Positions 17,996-28,709 of a stretch of 64,000 nucleotides of DNA are shown piece by piece. The stretch spans positions 1 through 64,000 of the forward strand of contig CAVPRW010000032.1 of the NCBI GenBank assembly GCA_963707985.1, written 5' to 3'. Source of the stretch: an uncultured Nitrospinota bacterium. Lineage in GTDB: Bacteria > Tectomicrobia > Entotheonellia > J063 > CAVPRW01. The notes under the pieces were generated by a model that worked only from the letters and a program-made list of their open reading frames with translations, had not been told where the DNA came from and searched no databases. Every line of letters begins with the position of its first letter. Within the stretch, counting starts at the first letter, position 1. The translations under genes were made by a program, and so were the position numbers.

Positions 17996-18955
17996 ATGGC
18001 TGAGAACAAGCCCACCACACGTTTGCAGCAGCTTATCCACCGCACGGATCGTGTCATGGCCGTGCTGCATGCGCCGAGTGCTGCACACGCGCGGATTATG
18101 CAGGCGGCTGGGGCGGAAGTAGCTTTCGTGGGTACCAGTGGGGTGGTCGGGGCGTACACTGGACTGGCAGATGTCGGGGTGGCGACCATGACCGAGTGTA
18201 TTACCATCGCAGGCTGGATTGCCCGTAGCGTGGGCTTCCCGGTCATCATCGACGGTGATACGGGACATGGCGGCATTATGGCTGTTCGTCGGCTGGTGGC
18301 GGAATCGATTCGCGCTGGCCTCTCAGGTATCCGGATCGATGACCAGCCGATCGAGGGCAAGCGCAGTACCCAAGATGCCGGGGTGGAAGTAGTGCCGCTG
18401 GAACAGGCCGTGGCCCGGTATCGTGCCGCCGTCGACATGAAGAACGAGCTCGACCCGGATTTCGTCATCATGGCCCAATGCTATGCGCGTGATGCCGCCA
18501 ATGGTGGCATGGAGGAGTGCCTACAACGCTTACAAGCCTATGAAGAGGTGGCTGGCGTGGATTGGGTGCAGTTTGAATCGCCGCACTCTACCGAAGAGAT
18601 ACAGCAGGCGCGGGCCAGGGTGTCCGGCCCTTTTTCGTTCATGCGGGGTAAGCTACCGCGGTATTTGAGCTTGGAAGAGCATCAGGCGCTCGGCGTACAC
18701 ATCGCCTGGTATCCCGCCTTTACACATGAGATCATGTATGCAGCGCTGTGGGATTTCATGCAAGACTTTCAGGCCCGCGGACTGGCGGCGTGGGAAGCCT
18801 TTCAGATGAGCCGTCAGGGGCGTCCTTACCCGCATCCATTACGCTTCGATGCCGGGGAAACTGTCGCCAAGCAGCGCCAGTTGGAGGAGCTCTACTATAC
18901 ACCCGACATGTTGGAGAAGTACCAGCGCTCATCTGGCCGTCCGTCACACTCGTGA
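17996..18955 (+). CDS. Isocitrate lyase/PEP mutase family protein
   Basis: GLADVG...PVIIDGDTGHGG...GIRIDDQ..EGKR. Confidence 0.88.
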   Translation: MAENKPTTRLQQLIHRTDRVMAVLHAPSAAHARIMQAAGAEVAFVGTSGVVGAYTGLADVGVATMTECITIAGWIARSVGFPVIIDGDTGHGGIMAVRRLVAESIRAGLSGIRIDDQPIEGKRSTQDAGVEVVPLEQAVARYRAAVDMKNELDPDFVIMAQCYARDAANGGMEECLQRLQAYEEVAGVDWVQFESPHSTEEIQQARARVSGPFSFMRGKLPRYLSLEEHQALGVHIAWYPAFTHEIMYAALWDFMQDFQARGLAAWEAFQMSRQGRPYPHPLRFDAGETVAKQRQLEELYYTPDMLEKYQRSSGRPSHS

Positions 18956-19068
18956 ACTGTGCGGAGACGGTAGAGCATGAAACACAGTCTAGCTTCAAGG
19001 CCGCATTGATAGTAGACCGCCCTAGCACTGCGGTACGGCTTGTCGACCGCTATACAAGCACCTGTGCG

Positions 19069-20367
19069 TCACGCCGAAATCTGCTGGCTGAGTACTTGTG
19101 CAATCAGTTCCACCGTTCGGGTGATGGCACCCTGGTTCGCTTGTAGGACCTGATAGGCTGCCTCCCCGAGGGCCTGACGGCGCTCTGGCTGCAGCAATAG
19201 CACGCTGACCTCTTCGCCTAAGGCTTCGGGGTTGTGCACTTGCATTGCTCCAGCCGCCTCTAACAGCGCCGCGGCGATCTGGTGGAAGTTATGCATGTGG
19301 GGACCAAACAGGATGGCTTTGCGGTGCGCTGCCGGCTCTAGGATGTTATGGCCGCCGATGGGCACAAAGCTACCGCCGACGAAAACCACTGTTCCGACTG
19401 CATAGAGTTTTGCCAACTCACCGATCGTATCGAGCAGGAGCACAGGCGCCGCGCCACTCCGAGAGGACAAGCGCCTGCGGCTGCGTCGGTGGATCGTGAG
19501 CTGATGCTTTCGCAGCAACGCTTCGATCTCATCGAGTCGATCCAGATGCCGTGGCGCCAGGAGCAAGCGCAACTCCGGCACCTGGAGGCGCGCCCGCAGA
19601 TAAGCTCCGATGATGATGTCCTCTTCCCCACGGTGTGTGCTCCCCGCCATGAACACTGGCGCCTCGCCAAGCCCGAGGTCAGCTCGCAAGGCCCGCTCAT
19701 CGGGGCTGCTCAGTGGCTCGAAGGCGAGATCGTATTTGATATTCCCAGTGATCTGAACACGAGAAGGTTCGGCGCCAATGGCGATGATGCGTTCGGCATC
19801 CAGGTTGGTCTGCATGCTGAAGCTTGTGATCGCTGGCAGGACGCGGCGCATGAAGGGCCGCAGACGCCGATAACCGCGAAATGATCGCGGGGAAATGCGG
19901 CCGTTTACCAGGATGGCGGGAATCCCCCGCCATGCCAACTCGCGCAGAAAATTCGGCCAGATCTCGGTTTCTACCATCAGGAACAGGCGCGGCTGCAGGC
20001 AGGAGATCACTTGTTGCACGACCCAGGGATAGTCGAGTGGGAAATACAGGTAGGCCGCCCCGACCATTTTCTCACGTGCGGTGGCCTGCCCGGTGTCTGT
20101 GACCGTTGAGATCAGGATAGGAACGTGTGGAAATCGCTGACGCAAAGCGTTTGCCAGCGGCACTGCGGCGATCACTTCGCCCACCGACACGGCGTGTAGC
20201 CAGAACGGACGCTCCCCATGTAACGCCACGCCTATGTCTGGGGGTATATGGCCAAAGCGTTGACGGATGCCGGCGCGGTATTTGGTGGTGGAGAGCGATT
20301 TCATTGCAAAGTACGGGAGGGCGCCGACGGAAGCCAGGAGTATGCAGATATTATAGAGCGAGTACAT
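19069..20367 (-). CDS. waaA: 3-deoxy-D-manno-octulosonic acid transferase
   Basis: WLHAVSVGEV, ETEIWPN, TGNIKYD, AGSTHRGEE, APRH, GGHNILEPA. Confidence 0.95.
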   Translation of the reverse strand: MYSLYNICILLASVGALPYFAMKSLSTTKYRAGIRQRFGHIPPDIGVALHGERPFWLHAVSVGEVIAAVPLANALRQRFPHVPILISTVTDTGQATAREKMVGAAYLYFPLDYPWVVQQVISCLQPRLFLMVETEIWPNFLRELAWRGIPAILVNGRISPRSFRGYRRLRPFMRRVLPAITSFSMQTNLDAERIIAIGAEPSRVQITGNIKYDLAFEPLSSPDERALRADLGLGEAPVFMAGSTHRGEEDIIIGAYLRARLQVPELRLLLAPRHLDRLDEIEALLRKHQLTIHRRSRRRLSSRSGAAPVLLLDTIGELAKLYAVGTVVFVGGSFVPIGGHNILEPAAHRKAILFGPHMHNFHQIAAALLEAAGAMQVHNPEALGEEVSVLLLQPERRQALGEAAYQVLQANQGAITRTVELIAQVLSQQISA

Positions 20368-20373
20368 CGCCCC

Positions 20374-21054
20374 TCATCCCAACTCTTGCCCAGAAGGAGA
20401 GGGCCGACGTGGATGCGTTGCCAGCGTCACTTCCTCGGTGAGCTTGAGGAGTTTGCCCTCCAGTTCTTGCCGTTTTTGCTCCACCAACGTCGAGTCGGCA
20501 TCCGACGGCACTAGCACGGGATCGCCATAGGCCACCACAAGACGACTACCAGGTAGAGGCAGGAGAAAGCGATCCCAACTCTGAAATTCGATCTTCCAAC
20601 GTGCTCCTACTGCCACGGGAATAATCGGCAGGGCGGTCAATCGGGCCAAGGCAATAATGCCCATCTGGGCTTGATGACGTGGTCCCCGAGGACCATCGGG
20701 CGCGATGCCTGCGCTGGCGCCGTCACGTGCCTGCCGCACCAGTTCTAACAGACTCCGTCGGCCGCCGCGGGAACTCGATCCACGAATCGTCGGCAAACCG
20801 AAACGCTGCAGAATCCGGCTCAGCACTTCGCCATCCTGGCTCTGACTCACCAGAATACGCACGCCACTGCCACGATAACGATACATCAGATAGAGCAGAT
20901 GGCCATGCCAGAAGGCATAGATGACATTGCGTCGCCGGGCCCACACCGCCTGCTCGATATCACCACGCAGTACGTGGACGCGCAGGGTTGCACAGAGGGC
21001 CTTGACCAACCATGTCGCGGGGACCGGTATCAAGGAACGCAGCAGAAGAGGCAT
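20374..21054 (-). CDS. DUF374 / lysophospholipid acyltransferase family protein
   Basis: IYAFWHG...LVSQSQDGE...RGSSSRGG...IAPDGPRGP. Confidence 0.88.
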   Translation of the reverse strand: MPLLLRSLIPVPATWLVKALCATLRVHVLRGDIEQAVWARRRNVIYAFWHGHLLYLMYRYRGSGVRILVSQSQDGEVLSRILQRFGLPTIRGSSSRGGRRSLLELVRQARDGASAGIAPDGPRGPRHQAQMGIIALARLTALPIIPVAVGARWKIEFQSWDRFLLPLPGSRLVVAYGDPVLVPSDADSTLVEQKRQELEGKLLKLTEEVTLATHPRRPSPSGQELG

Positions 21055-21073
21055 CGACCTGCTGTTCTCCCCT

Positions 21074-22264
21074 TTATGGCCGGGCCACTTGTGGCATCCC
21101 CTCGACGACAGTTTGGGGTGGGGGCATGACCGTGCCAAGAAATTGTAAGATTCCCCGGGCCACACGCTCCGGCACACCAGGTTCGCCGAGCTGGCTACGC
21201 AAAGCCGCTAGTTCCATACGCATCGACGTCGCGCGCTGCGGGGAGGTAAGTAGCGCTAGCGCCTGAGCTGCCATGTGTTTGGCCGTGACTTCATACTGCC
21301 ACAACTCGGGAACGATGGTGCTTCTGGCGATGATATTGGGCAGCCCAATGCGCGACACGCGCATCACCAGGCGTGCCAATACGTAGGTGAGCAGGTGAGC
21401 TTTATAGACAATGACCATGGGCGTGCCGATAAGTGCGGCTTCGAGCGTGGCGGTTCCTGAAGCCACCAGTAGAACGTCGGCCGCCTGCATGGCCTCATAG
21501 GTCTGACCTTGCACCAGTTGCACAGGGATGGGCATGGATACAAGCACTTTCTGGACGTCCGCCGGCCGTAGCGTTTCGGCCAGTGGCAAAATAAATTGGA
21601 CAGTGGGGATGTGGGTGTAGATTTGGGCTGCGGCCTCCAGCATGGGATGCAAGAGATAGTGTAACTCCGACCTTCGGCTCCCCGGCAAGAGTCCCACGAT
21701 TGGGGCCGCCGGATCAAGGCCACAGAGGATACGTGCCTCGGCTTTGGTGCCACTTGATGGCACCAGATCTAGCAACGGGTGGCCGACGAACTCGGCCGTG
21801 ACACCGACTGCATGGTACAGCGGCGCCTCGAAGGGGAGAATAACGAACAGTTGACGCACCCGGCGCCGAATCTTTTTTAGCCGTCCAGGATGCCAGGCCC
21901 AGACCTGGGGAGCAATGTAATATAACACCGGGATGTTGCGTTGGGCCAGGGCCTTAGCCAGCCTGAGATTGAATCCCGGGAAATCGATTAACACCACAGC
22001 AGCGACCGGTGTGCGTTCCACCTCAGCCAGTAGCTTATGGTAAACAGTCCACAGCGTGCGCAGACTATGGACCGCTTCTACGGCTCCAACGACCGCCAGG
22101 TCACGGATGTCGAAGAGCAATTCCACCCCTGCCATGCGCATGTGGCGTCCGCCCACGCCGAGGAGTTGCAGGGTCGGTTGTTGACCACGTAGGGCACGGG
22201 CGAGATTGCCGCCGTGCAGGTCCCCCGAGGCTTCTCCTGCCACGATCAATAAGCGCTGTGCCAT
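21074..22264 (-). CDS. lpxB: Lipid-A-disaccharide synthase
   Basis: IVAGEASGDLHG, IDFPGFNLRLA, YIAPQVWAW, LLPGSRRSE, SGTATLEAA. Confidence 0.96.
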   Translation of the reverse strand: MAQRLLIVAGEASGDLHGGNLARALRGQQPTLQLLGVGGRHMRMAGVELLFDIRDLAVVGAVEAVHSLRTLWTVYHKLLAEVERTPVAAVVLIDFPGFNLRLAKALAQRNIPVLYYIAPQVWAWHPGRLKKIRRRVRQLFVILPFEAPLYHAVGVTAEFVGHPLLDLVPSSGTKAEARILCGLDPAAPIVGLLPGSRRSELHYLLHPMLEAAAQIYTHIPTVQFILPLAETLRPADVQKVLVSMPIPVQLVQGQTYEAMQAADVLLVASGTATLEAALIGTPMVIVYKAHLLTYVLARLVMRVSRIGLPNIIARSTIVPELWQYEVTAKHMAAQALALLTSPQRATSMRMELAALRSQLGEPGVPERVARGILQFLGTVMPPPQTVVEGMPQVARP

Positions 22265-22337
22265 ACGCAGCTCATCTATTGGGCACGACTGTCAACCCTT
22301 TCCTAACCATACCCCCTTCATGAGGGAGGCTGGGGGG

Positions 22338-23147
22338 CTATCCTGCCACCACGCTGATACCGGCAGCATCCGCTGCCTGGGGAAATGCCGTATGTCCCAC
22401 CACAAGCGTCTTTCCCGCTTCGATGGCCAGGACGGTGGCCCGCCCGTCATGCATCACTTGCAACGTTTTCATTCCGACCGTCGGCATATCCAGGCGTGGG
22501 TCTTGTCCGGGTCGACTCACTTTTACCACCACGGCGCCTTCATGTGCCAGGCGGCAGCCGCGGATGATCGCCTCATCCGTGCCTTCCATACCCTCCACCG
22601 CCAGGATAGTGCCATGTTTGACCACAATGGTCTGCCCAATTCCCAGTTTTCCCACGCTTCTGGCGGCGCTGAAGCCGTACTCGATATCCTGCCATTCACG
22701 CCGGGTCGGCCGTCGATGCGTCAGGACTCCTCCCCTTGGACAGAGTTCGGGGAGAAAGTGGGTCTGCTCCACAACGTGAATGCCCTCGGACTCAAACTCG
22801 CGAATGATCTCGGTCAGGAGGACATCATCCTGAAAGCTCTTGGCTCGGCGCAGAACACGCCAGGCACGGCTGTCGAAACGCCAGCGGCGGAACAGCACAT
22901 CTTTGCTCACTTTGCCGATCAACACCAGGTCCCGCACCCCTTCGTGCTTCAGCGCCTCAATGATCTTGTTCCCCTGACCGGCGCCAAAGTAGTGAAGACG
23001 CTGCACAAACGGCTGTAACTGAGCGTAGATCGGCTCGCTGAGAGCGATGGCGACGATGTCCAAGCCTCGGGCCAGCATGGCACGTACCACGATAGCTGGT
23101 AACTCTCCTTCACCCGCGACTAACCCCACACATTCAGGCATCGTCAT
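22338..23147 (-). CDS. lpxI: UDP-2,3-diacylglucosamine pyrophosphatase
   Basis: GLVAGEGELP, IGQTIVV, AVEGMEGTD, PGQDPRLDMPTVG. Confidence 0.92.
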   Translation of the reverse strand: MTMPECVGLVAGEGELPAIVVRAMLARGLDIVAIALSEPIYAQLQPFVQRLHYFGAGQGNKIIEALKHEGVRDLVLIGKVSKDVLFRRWRFDSRAWRVLRRAKSFQDDVLLTEIIREFESEGIHVVEQTHFLPELCPRGGVLTHRRPTRREWQDIEYGFSAARSVGKLGIGQTIVVKHGTILAVEGMEGTDEAIIRGCRLAHEGAVVVKVSRPGQDPRLDMPTVGMKTLQVMHDGRATVLAIEAGKTLVVGHTAFPQAADAAGISVVAG

Positions 23148-23961
23148 CAGCCCCTTCATCTTCAGCTCCATGCCTCTCCCTGGAGCGGAGCCCGCCACAG
23201 ATGCCACGTTTTGCCCCCTCGACGAACGTGATCAGACGCTGAACCTCGGGGCTGGTCAAGCCCTCTTGCCGCATGCCGTCCAGCGCTTGTGTGGTATTGA
23301 GACCGGTGCGATAGAGCAGGCGATAGGCGCGGCGCAGTTCCCCGCGTACCTGTGGCGGGAGGCCGAGGCGACGCATCCCCACGACGTTGAGCCCTCGGAT
23401 GCGGGTGGGATTGCCCTCGGCGATCATAAAGGGTGGAACATCTTTCACGACCCGAGACGCACCGCTAACCATCGCCAGATACCCAATGCGGACGAATTGG
23501 TGCACAGCGTTATGGCCGGAAATGAAGGCACGGTCCTCCACCTCGACATAGCCAGATAGACCCGCGTAGTTGACCATAATGACATGGTCGCCAAGATGGC
23601 AATCGTGTGCTACATGGGCATAAGCCATGAGGAAATCGTGCGCACCAATGCTGGTGAACCCATCCTCTTCGGCACTGCGGTGCACGGTCACGTACTCGCG
23701 AATACAGGTATGGTCGCCGACCCGCAGGAACGAACGCTGGCCGCCGTATTTGAGATCTTGCGGAGGCCCTCCTAAAACCGCGCCGACGCCGATGTCACAG
23801 TGTTGGCCGATGCTAGTCCAACCCTCGATCACTGCATGTGAGCGGACGACCGTACCCGTGCCAAGGCGTACATGCTCGCCGATCACTACATAGGGACCGA
23901 CGCTGACACCCTCCGCAAGCTCAGCATTGGGATGGACGCTGGCGCTAAGGTGGATGTTCAT
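23134..23961 (-). CDS. lpxA: UDP-N-acetylglucosamine O-acyltransferase
   Basis: Hexapeptide repeats, PQDLKYGG, IREYVTVHR, MAYAHVAHDC, VHQFVRIG. Confidence 0.96.
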   Translation of the reverse strand: MNIHLSASVHPNAELAEGVSVGPYVVIGEHVRLGTGTVVRSHAVIEGWTSIGQHCDIGVGAVLGGPPQDLKYGGQRSFLRVGDHTCIREYVTVHRSAEEDGFTSIGAHDFLMAYAHVAHDCHLGDHVIMVNYAGLSGYVEVEDRAFISGHNAVHQFVRIGYLAMVSGASRVVKDVPPFMIAEGNPTRIRGLNVVGMRRLGLPPQVRGELRRAYRLLYRTGLNTTQALDGMRQEGLTSPEVQRLITFVEGAKRGICGGLRSRERHGAEDEGADDDA

Positions 23962-24443
23962 ATGGACTCGGCAATAATCATGGCTTGCAGCTCAGCCTCG
24001 GCTGCCAACTTGTGATCGACGGTGGCCTGGCCGCGAAACGACCAAATGCGATTGCTGCGCCGCCGTAGAACCTCCAGTTCCAGGCGCAATTGATCTCCTG
24101 GCACCACGGGCGCACGGAATCTTGCCTTGTCAATGCCGGTGAACAGCGGGATGTGATCGCGACGCCCACCCATCGAATAGAACGCCAGTACCCCTGCGAC
24201 CTGGGCCATCGCCTCGAGGATTAGTACCCCCGGCATGACGGGTCGCCCGGGAAAATGCCCCCTGAAAAACGGCTCGTTGGAGGTGACGTTCTTGAGCCCA
24301 ACGGCTCGCTTGTATGGTTCGAGCTCGATGATCCTGTCCACGAATAGAAATGGCTCACGGTGGGGGAGATAAGCCTGGATTGTCGGGCAATCCATGATCA
24401 GAGGCGATAGTGTGGGGATGGGGGCTTGTGCGCTGTCATCCAT
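23958..24443 (-). CDS. fabZ: 3-hydroxyacyl-ACP dehydratase
   Basis: [38 protein letters not shown]. Confidence 0.96.
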   Translation of the reverse strand: MDDSAQAPIPTLSPLIMDCPTIQAYLPHREPFLFVDRIIELEPYKRAVGLKNVTSNEPFFRGHFPGRPVMPGVLILEAMAQVAGVLAFYSMGGRRDHIPLFTGIDKARFRAPVVPGDQLRLELEVLRRRSNRIWSFRGQATVDHKLAAEAELQAMIIAESI

Positions 24444-25503
24444 GCTCGGTCTCGTTCATTGCATGTGTTTGGTTGGCTTCGAGCGCGGCAATGCGTCGCT
24501 CCAGTGCGGCAACGGTCCGCAACAACTCAGGCAACCGCGGAGTGGCAGCTTGCACGCGTCGCCAAATCCGATGCGGCATGGCAACGCTACCAGCCATGAT
24601 GGCCCTCGGCTCGACATCTTTGACAATACCAGCTTGAGCGATGACCGTGGCGTGATCGCCAATGTGCACATGGTCGACCATGCCGACCTGACCTGCCAGC
24701 GTCACATGTGTGCCCAGATGGCAACTACCGGAAATACCGACCTGCGCCAGGAGTAGGTTATCCTCTCCCACCTCGACGTTATGAGCGATGTGGACCAGGT
24801 TATCGATCTTCGTTCCTCGGCGGATCAGTGTCGCACCTAAGGTCGCGCGGTCGATGCAGGTGTTGGCGCCGATTTCCACGTCATCTTCAATGCGCACCCC
24901 ACCGACTTGTGGGATTTTCAGATGCTGGCCATCCGGACCTGGCACATAGCCAAACCCATCGGCACCAATCACCGCCCCCGCGTGGATGATCACTTGGCGG
25001 CCAATAGCCACCCGTTCGTAGATGGTCACATTGGCGTATAACACCGAGTCGTCACCAATCGATGAGCCTGGACCGACAAACACGCCCGGGTACAGGACGA
25101 CGCGGTCACCAATGGTGACGTCATCGCCGAGGGTCACGAACGGTAGTAGCGCGACCTCGTGTCCCAGGTGGACACGTTCTCCTAGGGCTACGGGTGTTCC
25201 GATACCCACAGGCGGACGTGGGCGTGGATAGAAGGCGGTCAATACGGTTGCGAAGGCGCGATACGGCTGGTCTACACGAATCGCTGGCCGGTCGGCCGGC
25301 ACCACGCGATCCAGGATGACTGCTGATGCCTTAGCTGTTTTGAGTGTGAGCAGATATTTCGGCTCTGCGACGAATGTAATCTCGCCGGGTTGTGCGTCCT
25401 CAAGGCTGGCGACTCCGGTGATAAGCAGCGTCGGATCACCCTCGACGCTGCCACCTACTAGAGCAGCCAGTTCTCCTAACGTATGCTCTGCTTGCGTTCT
25501 CAT
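24436..25503 (-). CDS. lpxD: UDP-3-O-(3-hydroxyacyl)glucosamine N-acyltransferase
   Basis: [45 protein letters not shown]. Confidence 0.96.
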   Translation of the reverse strand: MRTQAEHTLGELAALVGGSVEGDPTLLITGVASLEDAQPGEITFVAEPKYLLTLKTAKASAVILDRVVPADRPAIRVDQPYRAFATVLTAFYPRPRPPVGIGTPVALGERVHLGHEVALLPFVTLGDDVTIGDRVVLYPGVFVGPGSSIGDDSVLYANVTIYERVAIGRQVIIHAGAVIGADGFGYVPGPDGQHLKIPQVGGVRIEDDVEIGANTCIDRATLGATLIRRGTKIDNLVHIAHNVEVGEDNLLLAQVGISGSCHLGTHVTLAGQVGMVDHVHIGDHATVIAQAGIVKDVEPRAIMAGSVAMPHRIWRRVQAATPRLPELLRTVAALERRIAALEANQTHAMNETEHG

Positions 25504-25532
25504 GGTCGTTGATTCCGATCCCTAGTCCACCC

Positions 25533-26183
25533 CTACCGCTTAACGGTGTCAAACCGTTTGATGATTTTCTCAGTCAAGTCGATGGCATCAGCCACGAAAA
25601 GGAGCACACGATCATTGCGATCGAAGATGATCGTGAAGCTCTCCTCTCGCCCAACGGCTCGGATGATCTCGAGCAGGTCACGCAGCATTCGGGAGGTGAG
25701 CTCAGCCTCACGTTCACGCAGATCACGCTCGGATTCCTCAATGAAGCGATTGGAATCTTCAATAAACTTTCGCAGATCGCGGACTTGTCGGCGATAGCTC
25801 TCTTCCTTATCACGTTTGGCGGAATCACTGAGGACCATGCTCTGACTGGTCAATTCTGTCTGTAGGTCACGCAGTGTCCCTTCCTTCGCATCCTTCTGCC
25901 GTTTCTTGTCATTGATCTCCTTGACAACCTTATCGCGAAATTGCTTTAGTGTCGACAGGGCTTGCTTTCCGGAGACCGATTCTTTCAGCGCCCGGTCCAA
26001 ATCGACGATCCCCACTTTCAAGGCTGACGGTGACGCTTGCCCAGCCCAGGCCTGGCCGAGTGTAGCGTGGTGGGCCATCCAGATGAAGCTAGCATAGAGC
26101 ATAATGCGCATCAGAGAAAATTTCTTCACCCCCACCTTCACGTCTCCCCATTCCCACACGAAAAGTTTCACACCTCTGGCCAT
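25533..26183 (-). CDS. skp: OmpH/Skp periplasmic chaperone
   Basis: KVGIVDLDRALKES..GK, coiled-coil body, IDLTEKII; position between bamA and lpxD; start uncertain. Confidence 0.88.
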   Translation of the reverse strand: MARGVKLFVWEWGDVKVGVKKFSLMRIMLYASFIWMAHHATLGQAWAGQASPSALKVGIVDLDRALKESVSGKQALSTLKQFRDKVVKEINDKKRQKDAKEGTLRDLQTELTSQSMVLSDSAKRDKEESYRRQVRDLRKFIEDSNRFIEESERDLREREAELTSRMLRDLLEIIRAVGREESFTIIFDRNDRVLLFVADAIDLTEKIIKRFDTVKR

Positions 26184-26320
26184 GTTGCGCTGTTTCCCCG
26201 ATCAGAGGGCCAAATGTCCACCTACCGCCATCGCTCGCAGCTCTTGGAGGTGACATTCCTTCACTTACACAGGCTGACTTGGGAAAGAACCGGGATGAAC
26301 ACAGACCTGTGCCGGAAACG

Positions 26321-26367
26321 AAAAAACCTCCTGTGCCCGCCGTTATGGGGGAGCGGGTCTCAGGAGG
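26321..26367 (-). terminator. Putative intrinsic terminator downstream of bamA
   Basis: Minus strand CCTCCTGAGACCCGC...GCGGGCACAGGAGG followed by TTTTTT. Confidence 0.6.
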
Positions 26368-26417
26368 GTTTGGGCCCTCAGGCGCTATTGTAGCCGAGCC
26401 TGAGTCAGACTACCAGT

Positions 26418-28709
26418 TTAGAAGAGTGAGCCGACGTTGAAGTGAATCGCCCCAGGTTTGTCACCAGGCTGACGATCGAGCTTGAAGCCATAGTCGAGCG
26501 CCAAGGGTCCAAGGGGGGTCACGAACCGGACGCCCGCTCCTATGCCTGTGCGTAACCTCGTTGGATCGAACTGGCCTTGGTTGTAGAGATTGCCTGTATC
26601 GACGAAGCCGATCAGACTTAGGCCCTGCGTGATGGGAAAGCGTAGTTGGCCGCTCAACAGGATCATGGAATTCCCGCCAATGGGATCGCCGTTACTGTCT
26701 GTCGGTCCGACCTCGTCCAGCCGGTAGCCACGGATCGTCACGGCCTGAGTGCCCACGAAAAAACGCTCATAGAGCGGCAGTTCCTGACCGCCATAGCCCT
26801 CAGCAAATCCCAGGCGGCCGCGTAATGACAAGACCACATCGCTGTACAGCGGGTAGTACCAGTTGGTCTCGCCAACCGCCTTATAAAACTTGTTCTCTGC
26901 GCCCAGAGGTCCCCCAGCGAAATCCACCGAGAGGAGGTTGTAGAACCCTCGACTGGGATTGAGCGCATTATCGCGGGAGTCCCAGGTAATTGACGGGGTG
27001 ATTACACTGCTGGTGCTGCGCCCAGCCTGATCTTGAATGTTCTGGGGAGCACCCTCTGATATATTGGTAATGTTAATGATTTCATAGCGATACCCGAAGC
27101 CGACGCGAGTATACTCGCCGATAGGGCGGCTGAAACGAAATCCACCGCCGGTCTCCTGGGAGTCGAACGTATCATAGTCGAAACTTCGATTATAGGCTTC
27201 CATCCCAAGACTGTACTGGCTATCCAGAAAGTAAGGCTCAGTGAAACTCAACGTGAAATCGGCGCTGATGCTGCTCAAGGCGGCACTTAACACCAATCGT
27301 TGACCACGGCCAAAGAGATTATTCTGCCGAATTGACGCCGTCCCGATCACAGACTGCGTGGAACTGTAGCCAGCCCCGGCAGTAAAGGCCCCAGTCGGCT
27401 GCTCTTTCACCCGTACTTCCAGGTCGACGAGGTCTTCCTCTGGGCGTCGACGCGTATCCAGCTTGACTTCTTCGAAAAAGCCCAGATTCCCGAGGCGTTG
27501 CCGGCTGCGTCGCAGTTTACTGCTGTCGAAGATGTCCCCCTCACTGAGCCGGATTTCACGGCGGATCACTTTATCGCGAGTGATCTCGTTCCCGACGATC
27601 AGGACGCGGCCGACACGCACCTGTGGTCCACGATCGATGCGCACGTCGATATTAACTAGACGCTTCTCCTGGTCGATGTTCGTTAGCGGCACAACATCAG
27701 CAAACGCATACCCTCGCTCGGTGTAACGATCGCTAACCTTTAAGACATCGTTCGCCAACTGGGAACGATCAAAAATTTCACCCTCTTGCAGGCGCATTAA
27801 GCCTTTCAGCTCTGCGGCACTAAAGAGATCATCTCCCGCCACCTGCAGACGGCCAACGCGATATTGGTCCTGCTCTTTCACGGTGATGGTAATAAAAATG
27901 CCTTTCGCCTTCGGATCGACGCGGACGTCGGGTTCACTGATCTCTGCCCGCAAGAAGCCACGAGTTTGGTAGAACGCCTCGAGGCGACGGAGGTCGTTGC
28001 GCAGGGTTTCCCGCTGGTACACGCCCGTACCCGTGATGAAAGAGATGAGGGTGGCCTCTTTCGTCTCCATCGCATCCTTTAGTTCCCACGGCTCAATCGC
28101 CCGGTTGCCAACAAATGTGATACGTTTGATGAGGATTTTTTCCCCCTCGGTGATGCGAATAGTCAGGTCGATCTCTTCGGGGCCAACATCGGTGTATACG
28201 GCTTCGGCTTCGGCGAAGTAATAGCCTTTTTCCTGGTACAACTGTTTGATTTTATCCAGGCTATCGCGGATCTGATTGCGATTGAGTACCGAGTTTGCTT
28301 TGAGCGCCAGCTTGCCCTCAACCTCCTCGCGCTTGATCGCCTGTGCGCCTATGATGTTAATATCACGGACAAACGGCTCCTCCACGACGATAAAGGTGAC
28401 CTTGAGGCCTCCCTCGAATTCTTCGACGTCCACCTGGACATCCTTAAAGAATCCCAAGCGGTAGATGCGCAGGATATCCTCACGAATGCGGGCAACGGAG
28501 AACTCATCACCAACTCGGTTCCGGATGTAAAACTGGATGGTTGAGGTCTCGACTTTCTGATTACCCTTGATCTCAATGGAGCGGATTCGGGGCGCCGGTG
28601 CCTCCCCTCCATAGCACACCTGAGCGATCAGGCAGACAATGAAGAGGAGGATCAACCGACCAGGGCTGCAAAGGATCGCAGCAGGAACAGCGGGGTCAGA
28701 CCCAATCAT
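26418..28709 (-). CDS. bamA: Outer membrane protein assembly factor
   Basis: POTRA repeats ([13 protein letters not shown]), [16 protein letters not shown], terminal F. Confidence 0.95.
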   Translation of the reverse strand: MIGSDPAVPAAILCSPGRLILLFIVCLIAQVCYGGEAPAPRIRSIEIKGNQKVETSTIQFYIRNRVGDEFSVARIREDILRIYRLGFFKDVQVDVEEFEGGLKVTFIVVEEPFVRDINIIGAQAIKREEVEGKLALKANSVLNRNQIRDSLDKIKQLYQEKGYYFAEAEAVYTDVGPEEIDLTIRITEGEKILIKRITFVGNRAIEPWELKDAMETKEATLISFITGTGVYQRETLRNDLRRLEAFYQTRGFLRAEISEPDVRVDPKAKGIFITITVKEQDQYRVGRLQVAGDDLFSAAELKGLMRLQEGEIFDRSQLANDVLKVSDRYTERGYAFADVVPLTNIDQEKRLVNIDVRIDRGPQVRVGRVLIVGNEITRDKVIRREIRLSEGDIFDSSKLRRSRQRLGNLGFFEEVKLDTRRRPEEDLVDLEVRVKEQPTGAFTAGAGYSSTQSVIGTASIRQNNLFGRGQRLVLSAALSSISADFTLSFTEPYFLDSQYSLGMEAYNRSFDYDTFDSQETGGGFRFSRPIGEYTRVGFGYRYEIINITNISEGAPQNIQDQAGRSTSSVITPSITWDSRDNALNPSRGFYNLLSVDFAGGPLGAENKFYKAVGETNWYYPLYSDVVLSLRGRLGFAEGYGGQELPLYERFFVGTQAVTIRGYRLDEVGPTDSNGDPIGGNSMILLSGQLRFPITQGLSLIGFVDTGNLYNQGQFDPTRLRTGIGAGVRFVTPLGPLALDYGFKLDRQPGDKPGAIHFNVGSLF

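Noticed and set aside
22312..22338. CCCCCTTC...GGGAGGCTGGGGGG REP-like segment between lpxI and lpxB
   Set aside because: Imperfect single copy in the window; cannot be supported as a repeat family.
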